Source: Acidobacteriota bacterium
GTDB lineage: Bacteria > Acidobacteriota > Vicinamibacteria > Vicinamibacterales > UBA2999
DNA: 57,991 nucleotides
Reading direction: 5' to 3'
Assembly (NCBI GenBank): GCA_046732795.1
Contig: JBKPNV010000113.1
Coordinates: 1 to 57,991, forward strand
Shown here one piece after another: positions 55,159 through 57,991 of the stretch (positions are counted from its first letter, which is position 1; every line of letters begins with the position of its first letter). Under the pieces are notes generated by a model, which worked only from the letters and a program-made list of their open reading frames with translations, was not told where the DNA came from and did not search any database. A program made the position numbers and the translations under genes.

Positions 55159-56514
55159 GTGTCGCATCAGGAAGCGCTGACGGTCATCGCCAGAATCAAG
55201 CCCGGACAGGTGGAGACCGTCAAGGGCATCCTCGGCACCATCGCCGAGCATCGCGGGCGTTGGGACATCGTGCCGTTCGCGACACTCGCGAACGTGCACT
55301 TCGCCCGGTTCGTCGTGTTCGACGAAACCGCCGATCTCGACGGCAATCCACTCCCGGCGCAGCTCGCGATGATGACGAATGTCGACGCACCACTCGACGC
55401 GCATCTGCGCGACCTCACGACGACGTGCGGTGATGGTCTCGACCACGTGTTCGATCAGTGCGAAGACTATCCGGCAGCGGCAGGACGCACACCGGCCGCG
55501 CGCCTTGCGTTTCTGCGTCGGCACCACAAGCGGGCGAGAGCCTTTTACGTCAACCGGCAGGGACGCACGGTTCAGCAGATCGTTCGCGAAGAACAGTTGC
55601 GCCGGGCCATCAACGACTATCTCGATGCCGCTGACCTGACGAGGCACTCCCCGGAAATGATTCGCGGAGCCATCGTCGCATTCGTTGCAGGACGGAGCGA
55701 TCTCAGATGGGCGCTCTACCCTCCGAAACCGCCATTGACGATGTGGCGCGTCAAAGAAATCGTCAACCTCGTGGTCTATCCGCTCGCGGCCCTCGTGCTC
55801 CTGCCGGTGCTGTTAGTGGTATCACCGGTCCTCGTCCTCCTCCTCCGGGCACATGAGAGGCGCGACATCCCGGATACGTCTCGCGCTCCGGCGGAGACGG
55901 TAAGACGCCTCCGCGCCGATGAGGATTTCTGGATGCAGAACCAGGTGACTGCCGCCGGTCTCTTCAAGCCAGGCTGGTTCCGCTTCCTGTTGGCCACGGC
56001 GATCCTCCAGTTGACCGATTACGCCGTCCGCCACATCTACAATCGCGGCTCGTTATCAGGCCTCAGCTCGATTCACTTCGCGCGATGGGTGCCGCTCGAC
56101 GGCCGGCGCCGGCTGTTCTTCTCGAGCAACTACGACGGCAGCCTCGAGAGCTACATGGACGACTTCATCGACAAGGCGGCGTGGGGCCTCAACGCAATCT
56201 TCAGCAGCGGCCACGGCTTCCCGCGAACCTGCTTCCTGTTTTGTGGAGGGATCACGGACGAAAAGGCCTACAAGCGATTCCTGCCGACGCGGCAAGTCCA
56301 GACGTCCGTCTGGTACAGTGCCTATCCGCACTTGACGACGAAGAACATCGCGAACAACGCGGCAATTCGACAAGGGTTGTCAGGTCACATGAGCGCTGAC
56401 GAGACGAGAACATGGCTGCGCCGTTTCGGCGTCGGGAACCAATTGCCCGAATCGGGCTTCATCGCGCGACTCCTTGATCGGATCCGTTGGGACAGGCTGT
56501 GCCACTGCAAGTAG
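55159..56514 (+). CDS. hypothetical membrane protein with duplicated HFAR(F/W) alpha+beta-like modules
   Basis: I prefer the GTG at 55159 (VSHQEALTVIARIKPG...) because the TTG at 55102 would translate REP DNA. VHFARFVVFD lies in the N-half and IHFARWVPLD in the C-half. A central hydrophobic hairpin is LVVYPLAALVLLPVLLVVSPVLVLLL. Confidence 0.65.
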   Translation: MSHQEALTVIARIKPGQVETVKGILGTIAEHRGRWDIVPFATLANVHFARFVVFDETADLDGNPLPAQLAMMTNVDAPLDAHLRDLTTTCGDGLDHVFDQCEDYPAAAGRTPAARLAFLRRHHKRARAFYVNRQGRTVQQIVREEQLRRAINDYLDAADLTRHSPEMIRGAIVAFVAGRSDLRWALYPPKPPLTMWRVKEIVNLVVYPLAALVLLPVLLVVSPVLVLLLRAHERRDIPDTSRAPAETVRRLRADEDFWMQNQVTAAGLFKPGWFRFLLATAILQLTDYAVRHIYNRGSLSGLSSIHFARWVPLDGRRRLFFSSNYDGSLESYMDDFIDKAAWGLNAIFSSGHGFPRTCFLFCGGITDEKAYKRFLPTRQVQTSVWYSAYPHLTTKNIANNAAIRQGLSGHMSADETRTWLRRFGVGNQLPESGFIARLLDRIRWDRLCHCK

Positions 56515-57938
56515 AGGACATTCAAGGAATCCTCCTCTACGGATATGGCCAACTGCGGCATGCGTGTTTTCTGCTGCTCGGCATCACCGATAGAGAGGCA
56601 GCCCGGAAGTGGCTCGGCACGCTCGATATTCGGAATGCGGACTTCAAACCGGATGATGTCGATCGCTGCCTGAACATCGCGTTCACCGCGACCGGCCTGA
56701 GACAACTGGGCCTGTCCGCGGAGCTGATCGGCGAGTTCTCCACGGAGTTTCGCGAGGGCGTAGCCGGCACCGAACACCGTCAACGCCTCCTCGGTGATAC
56801 CGGCGAGAGCAGTCCGGACAGATGGCGGTGGGGCGGGTTCCGCAATCCCGAACCGCACGTGCTGCTCATGCTTTATGGCCGGGACGAGACCGCACTTTCG
56901 GTGTTGCTGAGCGAACAGCGACTCCGGCTTACGAGCTTCGGCCTTCAGCTGATTGAGCAACTCGACACCACGTGGCTGCCGGAGGACAAGGAGCACTTCG
57001 GGTTTCGCGACGGTGTGAGCCAGACCGGCATCGAAGGCGTGCACACGCGAACCTCTCCGGGGAACACCGTCGCGGCCGGGGAGTTCGTCCTGGGCTATCC
57101 AAACGCGCACGGACAATACACGGATCGCCCGCTCGTGAGCCGTGACCGAGATCCACAGGCACTGTTGCCTCACGCTCCTGACGATCAGCGACTGCACGAT
57201 CTGGGCATGAACGGAAGCTACCTGGTGTTCCGTCAGCTCAGTCAGGACGTGCTCGCCTTCTGGCGGTGCTGCGACGAGAAAACGCGACGCCGTGACGGCG
57301 CGTCAGAGCCGGAGGCCCGGAAGCGGCTCGCGTCGAAGATGGTGGGGCGTTGGCCGAGCGGCACGCCGCTCGTTCGATCGCCGGAGAAAGACGATCCGGC
57401 TTTCAGCCGCGACAACGATTTTCTGTATTACGGATCGGGCGACGCCCACGGGTTGAAGTGTCCGATTGGCGCGCATATTCGGCGGACCAATCCTCGTGAC
57501 TCGCTCGAGCCCGATCCCGGTTCCGACAGATCGATCGAGGTCGGCAAACGCCATCGGATCCTCAGGCGCGGGCGGGTCTACGGCGCCCCGATCGCACGCT
57601 CGATGCAGGCTGACGACATTCTTGCCGCGGGCGATACCGCGGGAGAGCGCGGATTACATTTCCTCTGTTTCAACACGCACATCGGACGGCAGTTCGAGTT
57701 CATTCAGCACAGCTGGGTCAATAATCCAGGCTTCGATGGTCTCTACGATGACGATGATCCGTTGATCGGTGATCGCGGCTGCGGGCATGGCAAGCCGGGA
57801 GGCACCTTCACGATTCAGGCCGACCCGATTCGCACGCGCGTAACAGGACTGCCTCGCTTCGTGCAAGTCAGAGGAGCAGGCTATTTTTTCTTACCGGGCC
57901 TTCGCGCGCTGCGATTCCTGGCAGCCCCAGGCAAATAA
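56487..57938 (+). CDS. DyP-type haem peroxidase
   Basis: DIQGILLYGY N-terminus, GxxDG motif EHFGFRDGVSQ, proximal His region CPIGAHIRRTNPRD, and HFLCFN...FEFIQ..W.N. It overlaps the previous gene by 28 nt. Confidence 0.9.
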   Translation: MGQAVPLQVEDIQGILLYGYGQLRHACFLLLGITDREAARKWLGTLDIRNADFKPDDVDRCLNIAFTATGLRQLGLSAELIGEFSTEFREGVAGTEHRQRLLGDTGESSPDRWRWGGFRNPEPHVLLMLYGRDETALSVLLSEQRLRLTSFGLQLIEQLDTTWLPEDKEHFGFRDGVSQTGIEGVHTRTSPGNTVAAGEFVLGYPNAHGQYTDRPLVSRDRDPQALLPHAPDDQRLHDLGMNGSYLVFRQLSQDVLAFWRCCDEKTRRRDGASEPEARKRLASKMVGRWPSGTPLVRSPEKDDPAFSRDNDFLYYGSGDAHGLKCPIGAHIRRTNPRDSLEPDPGSDRSIEVGKRHRILRRGRVYGAPIARSMQADDILAAGDTAGERGLHFLCFNTHIGRQFEFIQHSWVNNPGFDGLYDDDDPLIGDRGCGHGKPGGTFTIQADPIRTRVTGLPRFVQVRGAGYFFLPGLRALRFLAAPGK

Positions 57939-57991
57939 CGACCTGGATCGTCAGAGCAGCGATCTCGGCGCGATCGACTTCGTTCACGTTT

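Noticed and set aside
57939-57991. Possible gene fragment at the right edge
   Set aside because: It is too short (53 nt) to assign a frame or strand.

Overview
The window is GC-rich chromosomal DNA with about 55 protein-coding genes. I found no rRNA, tRNA, CRISPR array, transposase, integrase or prophage. The gene content points to Acidobacteriota: an ADOP-type duplicated FtsX permease, a TIGR03435-like soil-associated protein, a BlaI/BlaR1 pair whose sensor ends in a TonB C-terminal domain, a PadR-membrane protein pair, PQQ beta-propeller proteins and several DinB genes. This taxonomic call is an inference from recognised families, not from a search. Housekeeping or metabolic genes include an M1 peptidase, a split LigD (ligase plus polymerase), a PPOX flavoprotein, inorganic pyrophosphatase, a PEP-mutase/isocitrate-lyase family enzyme, a TolC-EmrA-EmrB type efflux operon, a TolB-like/gamma-glutamyltranspeptidase fusion, an NAD-type isocitrate dehydrogenase, a PlsB-like acyltransferase, proline dehydrogenase, an M20 peptidase and a CCA-adding enzyme. 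The best candidate for an undescribed system is at 13748-17052. Two translationally coupled genes there encode three consecutive TIR plus 4-TM modules, downstream of a PAP2 phosphatase. The second candidate is a four-gene cluster at 51784-57938: a secreted two-CxxCH protein, a membrane-anchored unknown, a membrane protein with a duplicated HFAR(F/W) module, and a DyP-type peroxidase. The non-coding DNA is unusually structured. An ACACCnGGTGT twin palindrome sits between stop and start codons in two unrelated operons. REP-like hairpin families are dispersed across the window. A 16-nt tandem repeat family occurs at two loci. An 8-nt tandem repeat occurs upstream of the CCA-enzyme gene and also in frame inside its nucleotidyltransferase motif. 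All family assignments come from motif recognition by eye, with no database searches. Many long Arg-rich ORFs in the six-frame track are antisense or off-frame artefacts of the high GC content.
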